64,000 nt of DNA from an uncultured delta proteobacterium (GTDB lineage: Bacteria > Desulfobacterota > Binatia > DP-6). Numbering within the stretch: position 1 is the first letter of the stretch; each line of letters opens with the position of its first letter. A program made the translations under genes and the position numbers. The stretch spans positions 1,216,001 to 1,280,000 of the forward strand of contig CAWFFN010000005.1 in assembly GCA_963815115.1 (NCBI GenBank), in the 5' to 3' direction. Positions 42,827 through 52,738 of the stretch are shown one piece after another. Below the pieces are notes generated by a model. The model was not told the DNA's origin and searched no databases. It was given only the letters and a program-made list of their open reading frames with translations.

Positions 42827-43153
42827 ATGGTATTCCGAAACATTGAGCGGCAAGGAACTCGATGGAAGTTCGATTGCGACAGCGGAAGGGAATATCGCAT
42901 CTCCGCGACTAAGACAGGGCAGGCCGACGCCAGCCTCGAATTCTTCGGTGACAACGGCACGCATTTTAGATGCAGCGGTCGGTGCGGTCCGCAAAAGTGG
43001 GTCGCCGGCGAGACGACCAACTACGTGCACGCCAGCGTCTCGAGGGTTTCCATGGAAACGGTATCCGAGAGCCGTGATTCCGATGATCTCTGGACCTGCT
43101 CCTTTCGGAAGGATGCGACGTCGTTCTCGTTTACGATACAAATAGTGCACTAG
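42827..43153 (+). CDS. hypothetical protein
   Basis: GGAGGTG RBS; lower-GC ORF just upstream of tRNA-Ala copy 4. Confidence 0.5.
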   Translation: MVFRNIERQGTRWKFDCDSGREYRISATKTGQADASLEFFGDNGTHFRCSGRCGPQKWVAGETTNYVHASVSRVSMETVSESRDSDDLWTCSFRKDATSFSFTIQIVH

Positions 43154-43230
43154 CAGAAGGCCTGAGAGGTGCGGCGGGCATCTTGCGGTAGTGCTCGGTG
43201 TGGGTGGCCGGCCATGTTTCCATGAGCACG

Positions 43231-43273
43231 GAATGGCACTCAAGAGTTCGGGCGTTCGACTTCCATTGGCTCC
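43231..43273 (+). repeat. degenerate tRNA-Ala(GGC) 3' half, copy 4
   Basis: GAATGGCACTCAAGAGTTCGGGCGTTCGACTTCCATTGGCTCC aligns to copies 1-3 with several differences. Confidence 0.7.
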
Positions 43274-43424
43274 GCTCATCCCTCTTCGCCAGTCGCTCGG
43301 CTCTTCCCGACTCCACCGCGTCGGCATTGAGCCTCCGCCGTCTCGACTGACTGCGGCCGGGTCGAGGTGATGCCGTCTGCTCGGCGACTCGGTCGCAGGC
43401 AGGCCTGGGGCGACGGACCCGAGC

Positions 43425-43865
43425 TCAACCGGTCGAAGGGCCAAGCTCACGCAGCCACTGACCGATGCGTGCGCCGATCTCGTCGCGTACGCGACGGAAC
43501 CTAGCGAGTTGGAGTTCTGGTGACCCCTGCGACGCGGCAGGGTCGTCGAAGGGCCAGTAGAGCGTCTGTCTGGCGAACGGGAAGACCCGTGGACAGTTGG
43601 CCTGGTCCTGTGCGCACACGATGATCGCGTAGCGCACCGATTGTCTTCCCAGGAACTCCCGTGTGCCCTTCGCGTAGAGGCCGCTCGTATCGAGACCGAT
43701 CTCCCCGAGCACCTCGCGCGTGAGAGGATGCACCTCGGTGGGCTCCAGCCCGGCGCTCGCCACCTCGAACCGGTGTGCCGCCTTCTGCCGCAGGAGCGCC
43801 TCCGCCATCTGGCTTCGCGCTGCGTTGTGGGCGCACACGAACAGCACGCGCGGCTTCTCGGTCAT
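43425..43865 (-). CDS. arsC: arsenate reductase (LMW-PTP type)
   Basis: VLFVCAHNAARSQMAEA, WPFDDPA. Confidence 0.9.
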   Translation of the reverse strand: MTEKPRVLFVCAHNAARSQMAEALLRQKAAHRFEVASAGLEPTEVHPLTREVLGEIGLDTSGLYAKGTREFLGRQSVRYAIIVCAQDQANCPRVFPFARQTLYWPFDDPAASQGSPELQLARFRRVRDEIGARIGQWLRELGPSTG

Positions 43866-44272
43866 CGCGCGGGCCGCACCCAGCCGTTCACCGTGATCAA
43901 TGCCTCCACCCGGCGGCGGATCTCGTCGCGGATGTCCCGCACCCGCTCGACCGACTGGCCCTTGGGATCCGGCACGGCCCAATCCTCGCGCCGCAGTCCC
44001 GGCACGTAGGGGCAGGCTTCGCCGCAGCCCATCGTGACCAGCAGCGTTGCTCCATTCGCGACGTCCTCGGTGAGGCGACGTGGTCTGGCCATATCTCGGT
44101 CGAGACCCACCTCGCGCATCCCTTCGACGACCTCGGGATGCACGCGCTCGGCGGGGTCTGTCCCAGCCGACACGGCCGTCGCCCGCGATGAGTCGGCGAG
44201 CGCGTTGAAGAACGCCGCAGCCATCTGCGACCGGCCGGCGTTGTGCACACAGGCGAAGAGCACGGTGGTCAT
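43862..44272 (-). CDS. arsC: arsenate reductase (LMW-PTP type)
   Basis: LFACVHNAGRSQMA, TMGCGEACP, DWAVPDPKG. Confidence 0.9.
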   Translation of the reverse strand: MTTVLFACVHNAGRSQMAAAFFNALADSSRATAVSAGTDPAERVHPEVVEGMREVGLDRDMARPRRLTEDVANGATLLVTMGCGEACPYVPGLRREDWAVPDPKGQSVERVRDIRDEIRRRVEALITVNGWVRPAR

Positions 44273-44278
44273 CGGGCT

Positions 44279-45439
44279 TCACGGACGCCCGGCGGCCTGT
44301 GACCGGTGCTTCGGCTCGACGTCGGCGGCATATCGGGAAACGCCGTCCCGCGCCGCGCGGTCCTCCGGAAACAGGCGGCGGCTGGCCAGCGCGACGTAGA
44401 CGAGGGCAACGAGCACCGGGACCTCGATAAGCGGACCGACCACGCCAGCGAGGGCCTGGCCGGAGGTGACGCCGAACGTCGCGATCGCCACCGCGATGGC
44501 CAGCTCGAAGTTGTTGCCCGCGGCGGTGAATGCCAGCGTTGCCGCCCGGGGATATGGCAGCGCCAGGGCGCGGCCGAGCACCATGGAGCCGGTCCACATG
44601 ACGCTGAAGTAGACCAGCAAAGGCAGCGCGATGCGGGCCACATCCAGCGGCCTGGCAACGATGGTGTCTCCTTGCAGGGCGAACAGGACGACGATGGTGA
44701 ACAACAGTCCGTAGAGCGCGAACGGGCCGAGACGTGGGAGCAGCGCCGCCTCGTACCAGGCATGTCCCTTCTGCCGCTCGCCGATCCGGCGCGTGAGGAA
44801 GCCGGCGAGCAGCGGGATGCCGAGGAAGATCAGGACGCTGCGGACGATGGTCCAGGTCGGCACCTCCAGGTGCGCGGTGGACAGGCCCAGCCAGCCCGGA
44901 AGGATCTCCAGGTAGAAGTAGCCCAGCAGCCCGAAGGCGAGGACCTGGAAGATCGAGTTGAGGGCGACCAGCACGGCGGCAGCCTCCCGGTCCCCGCCGG
45001 CGAGGTCGTTCCAGATGATCACCATGGCGATGCACCGGGCCAGGCCGACGATGATCAACCCGGTGCGGTACGCGGGCAGGTCGGTGAGAAAGATCCAGGC
45101 GAGGGCGAACATCACGGCCGGACCGATCACCCAGTTGAGCGCCAGCGACGGCACCAGCAGACGCGGATCACCGGTGACGCTGCCCAGCCGGTCGTACCGC
45201 ACCTTTGCCAGGACGGGGTACATCATCACCAGGAGCCCGAGGGCGATCGGTAGCGAGACCCCCGCGACCTCGCCCTTGGCCAGCCAGAGGCCGAGATCCG
45301 GCCAGAGCCGCCCCAGCAAGAGCCCGACAGCCATGGCCATGCCGATCCAGGCGGGCAGGAAGCGATCGAGGGTGGAGAGTCGCTTCGTCACCGGTGCGAT
45401 GGCCGGCGGTACCGCTGCCAGCGGACTCACGCGGCTCAT
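44279..45439 (-). CDS. acr3: ACR3-family arsenite efflux transporter
   Basis: LSTLDRFLP, MMYPVLAKV, GLARCIAMV, GNNFELAIAV, GPLIEVP. Confidence 0.95.
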   Translation of the reverse strand: MSRVSPLAAVPPAIAPVTKRLSTLDRFLPAWIGMAMAVGLLLGRLWPDLGLWLAKGEVAGVSLPIALGLLVMMYPVLAKVRYDRLGSVTGDPRLLVPSLALNWVIGPAVMFALAWIFLTDLPAYRTGLIIVGLARCIAMVIIWNDLAGGDREAAAVLVALNSIFQVLAFGLLGYFYLEILPGWLGLSTAHLEVPTWTIVRSVLIFLGIPLLAGFLTRRIGERQKGHAWYEAALLPRLGPFALYGLLFTIVVLFALQGDTIVARPLDVARIALPLLVYFSVMWTGSMVLGRALALPYPRAATLAFTAAGNNFELAIAVAIATFGVTSGQALAGVVGPLIEVPVLVALVYVALASRRLFPEDRAARDGVSRYAADVEPKHRSQAAGRP

Positions 45440-45804
45440 GCGGAACGCTTGGTCCTGCTTGGCTTCTCGGCCGACAGCGCCAGTGCCTGGCGGAGCGCCT
45501 CCACCCGGGCGGGGACGAGTCGGTAGAACATCCACGTTCCGCGCCGCTCGCGCTCCAGCAACCCCGCGGTGGTGAGCACCTTCAGATGGTGGCTGACCGT
45601 CGGCTGCGAGAGACCGACGGGGGCGATCAGATGGCACACGCACGCTTCGGCTCCGGGCTGCGCGGCGATGAAGCTCAGCAGCCGGAGGCGCGCCGGATCG
45701 GCGATGGCCTTGAACACGCCCGCGAGCGCTTCCGCGTCCTCATCTCGCATGCGGCTCCGGAGGATCGGCGCGCAGCACCCCACGCCTCGACCTTTTATCG
45801 ACAT
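45436..45804 (-). CDS. arsR: ArsR-family repressor
   Basis: FKAIADPARL, EACVC, LSQPTVSHHL. Confidence 0.9.
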   Translation of the reverse strand: MSIKGRGVGCCAPILRSRMRDEDAEALAGVFKAIADPARLRLLSFIAAQPGAEACVCHLIAPVGLSQPTVSHHLKVLTTAGLLERERRGTWMFYRLVPARVEALRQALALSAEKPSRTKRSA

Positions 45805-45811
45805 GGCTGGA

Positions 45812-45860
45812 TATTGACAGATGTCGATGAGGTGTGCAATACCATCGACAACGATCGATG
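45812..45860. promoter_or_regulatory. divergent ars promoter/ArsR operator
   Basis: Imperfect palindromes ATTGACAGATGTCGAT and CATCGACAACGATCGATG between arsR and arsI. Confidence 0.7.
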
Positions 45861-45875
45861 AAGGAGGATCGCCCA

Positions 45876-46334
45876 ATGGCCCACAACACGTTTCACGTCG
45901 CCCTCTACGTGCAGGACCTCGACGCCGCCGTCGCCCGCTACCGCAAGCTGCTGGGCCAGGAGCCCGCGAAGGTGCGCCACGACTACGCCAAGTTTGAGCT
46001 GGAGGACCCGCCCGTGATCCTGTCGCTCAACACCGGCGGCGAACCGGGCACGGTCAGCCATCTCGGCATCCGCTACCCGGGCACGGGGGACGTGGCGTCC
46101 GCGCTGGTGCGAACCAAGCAGGAGCAGCTCGATCTGCTGGAGCAGCAGGGGACGACCTGCTGCTACGCCAAGGCAGACAAGTTCTGGGTGCGCGACGCCG
46201 ATGGCCTGCCGTGGGAGATGTACACCCTCCTCGCCGACGCCGAGGCCGAGACGGCGGCGGACGCGCAGCTCCGCGACTTTCTCGGTCAGCAGACCGAGGC
46301 CGCGCAGGAGCGGGGATGGACCGGCTGCTGCTGA
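45876..46334 (+). CDS. ArsI/CadI-family VOC metalloenzyme
   Basis: FHVAL, YAKFEL, TTCCYAKADKFWV..PWE; AAGGAGG RBS. Confidence 0.9.
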   Translation: MAHNTFHVALYVQDLDAAVARYRKLLGQEPAKVRHDYAKFELEDPPVILSLNTGGEPGTVSHLGIRYPGTGDVASALVRTKQEQLDLLEQQGTTCCYAKADKFWVRDADGLPWEMYTLLADAEAETAADAQLRDFLGQQTEAAQERGWTGCC

Positions 46335-47344
46335 GGCTGCTCGTTCTCCTCGTGGTCGCTGCGTCGCCCGCACGCCCCGGACATGCCACCATCCTCCTCA
46401 ATGGCTCCGGCTCGACGTTCGCGGCTCCCCTCTACATGAAGTGGGGCGACGTCTTTCACCAGCACGACCCTGACATCACCATCAACTATGCGGCTGTCGG
46501 GAGCGGGGCCGGCATCAGCAACATCAGCGCGGGGCTGGTGGACTTCGGTGCCACCGACGGCCCCATGACGGACGAGCAGCTCGCGACCCTGGCCGTGCCC
46601 GTCCTTCACCTGCCGACGGCGCTCGGCGCGGTCGTCATCACCTTCAACGTGAACCACATCGACCGGCTCCGTTTCGACCCCGAGACGATCGCGGGCATCT
46701 TCCTCGGGAAGATCACCAACTGGAAGGATCCCGCGATTCGGCGGAGCACCTCCGTGCCCGTTCCCGACGCCCCCATCACCGTGGTGCATCGCGCCGACGG
46801 CAGCGGGACCAGCTATGTCTTCACCGACTACCTCTCCAAGGTGAGCCCCGAGTGGCAGACGGCGGTCGGGCGAGGCACGACCGTGAACTGGCCGGTCGGT
46901 GTAGCCGGAAACGGCAACCAGGGGGTCGCCGACCTCGTGAAGGAGACGCCAAACTCCATCGGCTACGTCGAGCTGATCTACTCCGAGCAGCATGACCTGC
47001 CCTATGCGGGCGTCCGGAACCGAGCGGGTCAGTTCCCGCTGCCGACGCTCGACTCCGTCACTGCGGCGGCCCGCGCGGTCGCCGACCACATGCCCGCCGA
47101 CTTCCGCGTGTCGATCACGGACGCGGAAGCCTCTGATGCCTACCCCATTTCGAGCTTCACCTGGCTGCTCATTCCGGCGCGCATCTCCGACACCCAGAAG
47201 GGCGCAGCGATGAAGAAGTTCCTCGAGTGGATGCTCGCCGACGGTCAGACGCTCGCCACTGCGCTGCGGTACGCGCCGCTCCCGTCGCAGGTCATTGCGC
47301 TGGAGCGCAAAGCCATTGAGCAGATCGTCGTTGGATCCAACTAG
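46316..47344 (+). CDS. pstS: phosphate-binding protein PstS
   Basis: GSGSTFAAPLY, GSGAG, DFGATD, HRADGSGT, YPISSFTW. Confidence 0.95.
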   Translation: MDRLLLRLLVLLVVAASPARPGHATILLNGSGSTFAAPLYMKWGDVFHQHDPDITINYAAVGSGAGISNISAGLVDFGATDGPMTDEQLATLAVPVLHLPTALGAVVITFNVNHIDRLRFDPETIAGIFLGKITNWKDPAIRRSTSVPVPDAPITVVHRADGSGTSYVFTDYLSKVSPEWQTAVGRGTTVNWPVGVAGNGNQGVADLVKETPNSIGYVELIYSEQHDLPYAGVRNRAGQFPLPTLDSVTAAARAVADHMPADFRVSITDAEASDAYPISSFTWLLIPARISDTQKGAAMKKFLEWMLADGQTLATALRYAPLPSQVIALERKAIEQIVVGSN

Positions 47345-47633
47345 CCGTCGCCAGGTGGCCGTCGCCGGCCGTCCAGCCCCTGCCGTTCTGAACCGGGAGT
47401 CAGTGCGTGGCCGAGCGATGCGATCCCGCGTCGAGTCCTACGGCGGCAGCGTCTCGCCGCGCGGCAAATGCACGAGGAGCGATTTGCTCACCCAGCCGGT
47501 GAAGCGGCCGCGGAAGTTTGCCCCATTTCACCCGATCGCCTGAGAGGCGTGTGGGGCACTTCGCCTCGGCTCGAACTTATGCGCGCGTGTTCACATCGCG
47601 CGGCGCTCGTCGGAGCCAGGAAGCTGACGACCT

Positions 47634-47992
47634 TTGGGAGTGCCCTTCGGGTCGTTCGACTGCCGGCTCGTCGCGTTGCTCGGCCGGGTAGACTCCGAGT
47701 CCGACCTCGGCACCTTCGGGCCGAAGCTCGTCCAGAACCTGTCGAACGCAAAGGACGCCGAGGAGGCGGGCGGCATCGCGTGCGCGGCCTCGGACCTGAA
47801 GCTCGCAAACCGGCGGCTCAAGCAGACGACCCGGACATGATTCAGTTCGCGCACCACCTGAAGACGCTCCGCGCCCGCAAGAAGCTGCCGGGTACCCTGC
47901 GCGCCGACCTCCTCGCCGAGGGGAATCCCATCACGGACGACGTGAAGAGCCTCAAGCGCACGGTCCGGTGTCCAGCGGATGCTCCCGGGTGA
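47634..47992 (+). pseudogene. frameshifted C-terminal gene remnant
   Basis: Coding-like text (SFDCRLVALL...RRLKQ, then MIQFAHHLKTL) across two frames, no start. Confidence 0.4.
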
Positions 47993-48079
47993 ACGGCAGC
48001 ACCACCGTCGCATGGTGCGGCTGACGCCGGAAGCGAGCGCGGCTTGCAACAGGTCGGCGGCGGCTTCTTTGTCTCGAGG

Positions 48080-48967
48080 ATGCCAACGCTCGCAGACGAC
48101 GTCCTCGGTGCCTTCCATCGCCTGTTCGGGCTCCACCGGGGCCTGCGACCGGTCCACACCCGAGGTGTGTTTCTCGAAGGGGAGTTCCTCCCCGCCGACC
48201 CGCCCGCCGGACTCTCGCGTGCCGCCTTCCTGCACGGCGCGCCGACGCCCGTCGTGGCGCGGTTCTCGAACTTCGTCGGGGATCCGGACGGCGCGGACAA
48301 CGCGCCGCAGCGGCGTGGCTTCGCCGTGCGCTTCCTGCTTCCGAACGACGCCAGCACCGACGTGATCGCGCACTCGTACGATGGCTTTCCCACCCGGACG
48401 GCCGAGGACCTCGTGCTGTTTCTTCGCGCCGTGGCGGAGGGCAGCGCGGCCGTGGAGCGGTTCCGTGCCGCGCACCCGGAATCGCAGCCGTTCCTCGAGG
48501 CGCCCGAGGCCGCCCCGGTCAGCTACGCGACCGAGGTCTACTTCGGCGTCCATGCCTTTCGCTACGTCGCCGGCGACGGCAAGGCGACGTTCGGCCGTCC
48601 GCGCTTCGAGCCGGTGGCCGGAGTCCAGCACTACTCCGCGGAGGCTGCCGCGGCGCTGGCGCCCGACTACCTGCGCACCGAGCTGCGGCAGCGGCTGGCG
48701 TCGGGCCCGGTGCTCTTCCGCTACCGGGTGCAGATCGCCGGCCCGGGCGATCCGCTCGACGACGCCACCCGACGCTGGGCCGACGACCGGCTGCTGGCCG
48801 AGCTCGGAGTGCTCCGCCTGACGAAGCTCGCCACGGACGAGGACGGCCTCGCCCGCCGCATCGGGTTCCTTCCCACCCACCTCGTCGACGGGATCGAGCC
48901 GCCGTCCGATCCCCTGTTTGCCGCGCGCCGCGATGCCTACATGGCCGCGTACGCGGAGCGGTCCTGA
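48080..48967 (+). CDS. catalase-family peroxidase (SrpA-like)
   Basis: RPVHTRG, VVARFS, RGFAVRF, DGIEPPSDPLFAARRDAY. Confidence 0.9.
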   Translation: MPTLADDVLGAFHRLFGLHRGLRPVHTRGVFLEGEFLPADPPAGLSRAAFLHGAPTPVVARFSNFVGDPDGADNAPQRRGFAVRFLLPNDASTDVIAHSYDGFPTRTAEDLVLFLRAVAEGSAAVERFRAAHPESQPFLEAPEAAPVSYATEVYFGVHAFRYVAGDGKATFGRPRFEPVAGVQHYSAEAAAALAPDYLRTELRQRLASGPVLFRYRVQIAGPGDPLDDATRRWADDRLLAELGVLRLTKLATDEDGLARRIGFLPTHLVDGIEPPSDPLFAARRDAYMAAYAERS

Positions 48968-48968
48968 C

Positions 48969-49778
48969 TCACGCGGGGCAGGCCAGATAGCCGCCGTCGA
49001 TCGGCAGCACCGCCCCGGTGACGTAGCGCGATTCGTCTGACGCGAGGTAGACGCAGCCCCACGCGATGTCCTCGGGGACGCCGAAGTACGGCAACGGGAT
49101 GCTGCGCTCGAGCCAGTCGCGCGTGGCGGGATCGCCCAGCAGCTGCGTGATGCTCTCGCCGCTCTCGATCAGGCCGGACGAGATCGCGTTCACCCGGATG
49201 CGGCGCTTCGCGTAGCCGACGGCCATCGAGCGGGTGAGGGCGTTCATCGCCCCCTTGGTCGCCGAGTAGGCATCCATCATCGCGGCGCCCTTCGTCGCCA
49301 CGCCGGACGAGATGTTCACGATCGAGCCGCCGCCGGCCTTGCTCATCTCCGCGATCGCGTGCTTGCAGCACCAGACCATTCCCCAGAGATTCGTCTGCAA
49401 CGCCTCGCCGAGGACGTCGTTGGCGAGCTCGCCGACGCCCGAGTCCCCGCGCTCGGGCAAGCCGGAGAGGTGGGTCGCCGCGGCGTTGTTGACGAGCGTG
49501 GTGAGCGTGCCGAACCGCTCGACGGCGGTGTGCACGGCGCGGACGACGTCGGCCTCCTTGCCGACGTCGGTCGGCACGTAGATCGCCGCCCCGCCGGCGG
49601 CCGCGATCTCGGCCCGGAGCTCTTCGCCGGCCGCCACCGTCCGGCCGGCGAGCACGACCTTCGCCCCCTCGCGCGCGAACACCGTCGCGATGCTGCGACC
49701 GATGCCTTTCGTGGCACCCGTGACCAGGGCCACCTTGCCTGCGAGCCTCATCGTCCCGTTCGCTCGTGGTGCGCGCAT
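48969..49778 (-). CDS. SDR family oxidoreductase
   Basis: TGATKGIG, NNAA, YSATK; start may be 49751. Confidence 0.9.
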   Translation of the reverse strand: MRAPRANGTMRLAGKVALVTGATKGIGRSIATVFAREGAKVVLAGRTVAAGEELRAEIAAAGGAAIYVPTDVGKEADVVRAVHTAVERFGTLTTLVNNAAATHLSGLPERGDSGVGELANDVLGEALQTNLWGMVWCCKHAIAEMSKAGGGSIVNISSGVATKGAAMMDAYSATKGAMNALTRSMAVGYAKRRIRVNAISSGLIESGESITQLLGDPATRDWLERSIPLPYFGVPEDIAWGCVYLASDESRYVTGAVLPIDGGYLACPA

Positions 49779-49852
49779 CCTTTGCCCGGCGGGTCGGCGA
49801 GGGTCAAGGCGACTGGACTGCCCGCGGGACCCCGTCGTAGGACGGGACGATC

Positions 49853-50878
49853 GTGCTGAAGATCGGCCGCCTCCTCGATCATCCGACCGCCGCGGGCACG
49901 TTGGACTACGGACGCGCCGCGATCGATCTGATCTTCGGTGCCGTCAATGCCGGCGGTGGCATCGCGGGACAGGAGATCACCGTGGTCGACGCCGACGCCG
50001 TCGGCAGCGTCGAGCGGGTGGTCGCGGGGGCACGCAGGCTCGCCGCCGAGGGATGTCTCCTGATCCTCGGGCCCTCCGTCACCGACTTCGCCGTGCCGCT
50101 GATTCCCGTGCTCGACGAGATCCGGGTGCCGGCGATCAACTGGTCGGGCAGCGGCCTGGCGCGAGGCGCATGGGGGTTCCAGCTCAAGATCGGGTCGTTG
50201 CCGGACGAGGCCGGATATCTCACCCGTCTGATCGCGGCGCGGGGCGACCGCGCGATCGCCCTGGTGCGCGACCGCGGCCCGATCGGGGACGAGTACGCCG
50301 GCTTCCTGCGAGGTGGGCTGGACAGCGTGGGCGTCGCGCTGGCGGCGGATCTCGAGATGTCCGATGCGACGGATGCCGCGCGATGCGCGGACGCGCTCGG
50401 CCCGCACGAGCCTCCCTGCGTCGTCTATCTCGGTCTCGGGCCCAACGGCGTCTCGCTCTGCCGGACGCTGCGCGCGCGGGGCTGGCGTGTCCCGGTGATC
50501 GGGAACATCGGCCTCGGCGTCTTTCCCGAACCCGCTCTGGAGGGAATCGTCTTCACCGACGTGATCGACGAGGCGAACCCGGTCCTGCAGCGTTTCGCGA
50601 GGCAATGGCACGCTCGATTCGGCCCACATCCGGTGCTGCTCGGGCTGGCGGCCGCGCACGACCTCGCCGTCACGGCGGTGGAAGCGCTGCGCCGTGCCCC
50701 GACGCTCACGCCAGCGGGCGTGCGCATCGGGCTCGAGAGGCTGCGCGGCCTGCCCGCCGCGGCGGGCGCCGCGGGGACCACCGTCGGCTTCGCACCGTGG
50801 GATCGCGACGGCTACAAGGGCCCGCTGATCGTCTACCGCCAGATCCGCGAGGGCCGCGCGGTGATGTTTCGCCCGTGA
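49853..50878 (+). CDS. LivJ-type ABC substrate-binding protein
   Basis: VNAGGGIAG, ILGP; periplasmic binding protein type 1 pattern. Confidence 0.8.
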   Translation: MLKIGRLLDHPTAAGTLDYGRAAIDLIFGAVNAGGGIAGQEITVVDADAVGSVERVVAGARRLAAEGCLLILGPSVTDFAVPLIPVLDEIRVPAINWSGSGLARGAWGFQLKIGSLPDEAGYLTRLIAARGDRAIALVRDRGPIGDEYAGFLRGGLDSVGVALAADLEMSDATDAARCADALGPHEPPCVVYLGLGPNGVSLCRTLRARGWRVPVIGNIGLGVFPEPALEGIVFTDVIDEANPVLQRFARQWHARFGPHPVLLGLAAAHDLAVTAVEALRRAPTLTPAGVRIGLERLRGLPAAAGAAGTTVGFAPWDRDGYKGPLIVYRQIREGRAVMFRP

Positions 50879-51774
50879 CCGGAGACTCCATCGTCCTCTG
50901 CGCCGGGACGATTCCCCGCGCGTCCTTCCGCGCGCGCATCGCCGCGGCGAGCGCGGGCGGGTTCGACGGCGTCTCGCTTCGTCTGCACGACTATACCCGC
51001 GCGCGCGCCGAGGGGTTGTCCGACGCAGACGTCCGTTCGCTGCTGGCGGGGGAGGGGATGGCCGTCGCGGAGCTCGAGGCGCTCACCGCGTGGCGGCCGG
51101 GCACCACGCCGTCACGCCCCGAGTACGTTGCGCCACGGGTTCTGGAGATCGCCGATGCGCTGCGGGCGCGCTCGATCAGCGTGGTCGAGGGGCCGGGAGC
51201 GCCGCTGCCGGTGGACGTCGCGGCGGAGGCCTTCGCCGCGCTGTGCGACGGTGCCGCCGCATTCGGACTCCTGGTGGGCATCGAGTTCTGGCCCGGCTCC
51301 GGGCTCGACCTTCGCACGGCGGCGGCGGTGGTCGGGGCGGCCGATCGTCCGAACGGCGGCCTGCTGGTCGACACCTGGCACCTGGCGCGAACGCGGGATG
51401 GAGCCGCACTGCTCCGGGACGTCCCGGGCGCGCGCATCGTGGCGGTACAGATCAGCGACTCGCCACGCGTCGGAGAGCCGGAGTCCGACTATCTCGCGGC
51501 GACCCTCACCCGGCGGCTGATGCCGGGCGAGGGGGCGCTCGACCTCGTCGGATTCCTGCGTCTACTCGACGCACGCGCATCATCCGCGCCGATCGGCGTC
51601 GAGGTCTGCTCCGAGCGCCTCGCCGCCGAACCGCCCGAGAGCGTCGCGCGGCGCGCCGGCGATGCCATCCGCGTCCTGCTGGCGTCCGCGCGACGGGGGC
51701 ACGATCAGGGCTCGCCCGGCAGCGGACCGAAGTCCGGGGGTGGGACCCGCACCTCCGGGAAGGCCCCCTCGTAG
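50875..51774 (+). CDS. sugar phosphate isomerase/epimerase (TIM barrel)
   Basis: GIEF, LLVDTWH, VQISD, RLMPGEG, GVEV; GTGA coupling. Confidence 0.85.
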   Translation: MTGDSIVLCAGTIPRASFRARIAAASAGGFDGVSLRLHDYTRARAEGLSDADVRSLLAGEGMAVAELEALTAWRPGTTPSRPEYVAPRVLEIADALRARSISVVEGPGAPLPVDVAAEAFAALCDGAAAFGLLVGIEFWPGSGLDLRTAAAVVGAADRPNGGLLVDTWHLARTRDGAALLRDVPGARIVAVQISDSPRVGEPESDYLAATLTRRLMPGEGALDLVGFLRLLDARASSAPIGVEVCSERLAAEPPESVARRAGDAIRVLLASARRGHDQGSPGSGPKSGGGTRTSGKAPS

Positions 51775-51799
51775 GCCGAGGCGACCCGGAACAGCGTCG

Positions 51800-52738
51800 T
51801 CATTCGACGAGGCGGATCGGGATCGAGTGCTCGTTGCCCGGCTCCAGCACGTAGCGCCGGACCCGCGGGAGCACGCGCTCGACCGTCTCCAGGTAGAGAC
51901 GCTTCTCGAGCAACGCGGGCGAGCGTGCGTGCTCGGCCGCGAGCAGGACGAAGCGTTCCGCGTCCGCGCGCGCGGCGTTCAGGCGCTGGTCGCTGAACGC
52001 CATGGCCTCGCGCACGGTCTTCTCGGCCTCGCCGCGCGCGATCGGAACCGTCGTGTTGGCATACGTCTCGGCCTCCGACACCAGGCGCTCGCGGTCGGCG
52101 CGGGCGTCCTGGACGTCCTGGAACGCCTTCACGACGACGGGCGGCGCCTCGACGGCCTCGAGGTTCACCGCCAGGACCTGGATGCCGGTTCGCCACGCGT
52201 CCAGCATCGTCTGGGTCCGCGCCCGCACCTGCTCGCGCAGGATCAGCCGGCCCGAGGTGAGCACGTCGTCGACGGGGAGCGCGCTGGCGGCGGCGGTGAA
52301 CGCGGCGCCGATCGCCATCTGCAGGATGCGCTCCGGGTTCTCGCTGTGGAGCAGGTAGTCGCGCGCCTCGCCGATCCGCCAGGTCACCTTGCTGCGCAGG
52401 TGAAGGATGTTCGTGTCGCTGGTCAGCCACCGGCTCTCGACCGGGTCGCTCGTGTCCGGCTCGCCGCCGGCGCCTGCCCGGAAGCCGATCGGCAGGGAGA
52501 ACGTCCGGGTCGCCGGGACCCGGTCGACGCGTCCGAACGGCCGCGGCCACCACCAGTGGACGCCGGGCGGAACGGGGCTGGTGCTGACCTCGCCGAACAG
52601 CCGCGTCACGGCGACGGTGGTCGATGGTACGGTGAAGGTCCCGCTGGCCGTCCAGGCGAGCAGGGTGAGGGCCAGGACGCCGGCCGGCACCCCGCGACGC
52701 CGGGCGACCGCCGCGAACGTGGCCCACGTTCGCGTCAT
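51800..52738 (-). CDS. hflK: HflK-like SPFH protein
   Basis: PGVHWWWP, LTSDTNI, AFQDVQDA, RLYLETVERVL. Confidence 0.85.
   Translation of the reverse strand: MTRTWATFAAVARRRGVPAGVLALTLLAWTASGTFTVPSTTVAVTRLFGEVSTSPVPPGVHWWWPRPFGRVDRVPATRTFSLPIGFRAGAGGEPDTSDPVESRWLTSDTNILHLRSKVTWRIGEARDYLLHSENPERILQMAIGAAFTAAASALPVDDVLTSGRLILREQVRARTQTMLDAWRTGIQVLAVNLEAVEAPPVVVKAFQDVQDARADRERLVSEAETYANTTVPIARGEAEKTVREAMAFSDQRLNAARADAERFVLLAAEHARSPALLEKRLYLETVERVLPRVRRYVLEPGNEHSIPIRLVE

Noticed and set aside
43425-45035. 536-aa fusion ending in ArsC
   Set aside because: The upstream part is an alternate frame of acr3/arsC; the real gene starts at 43865.
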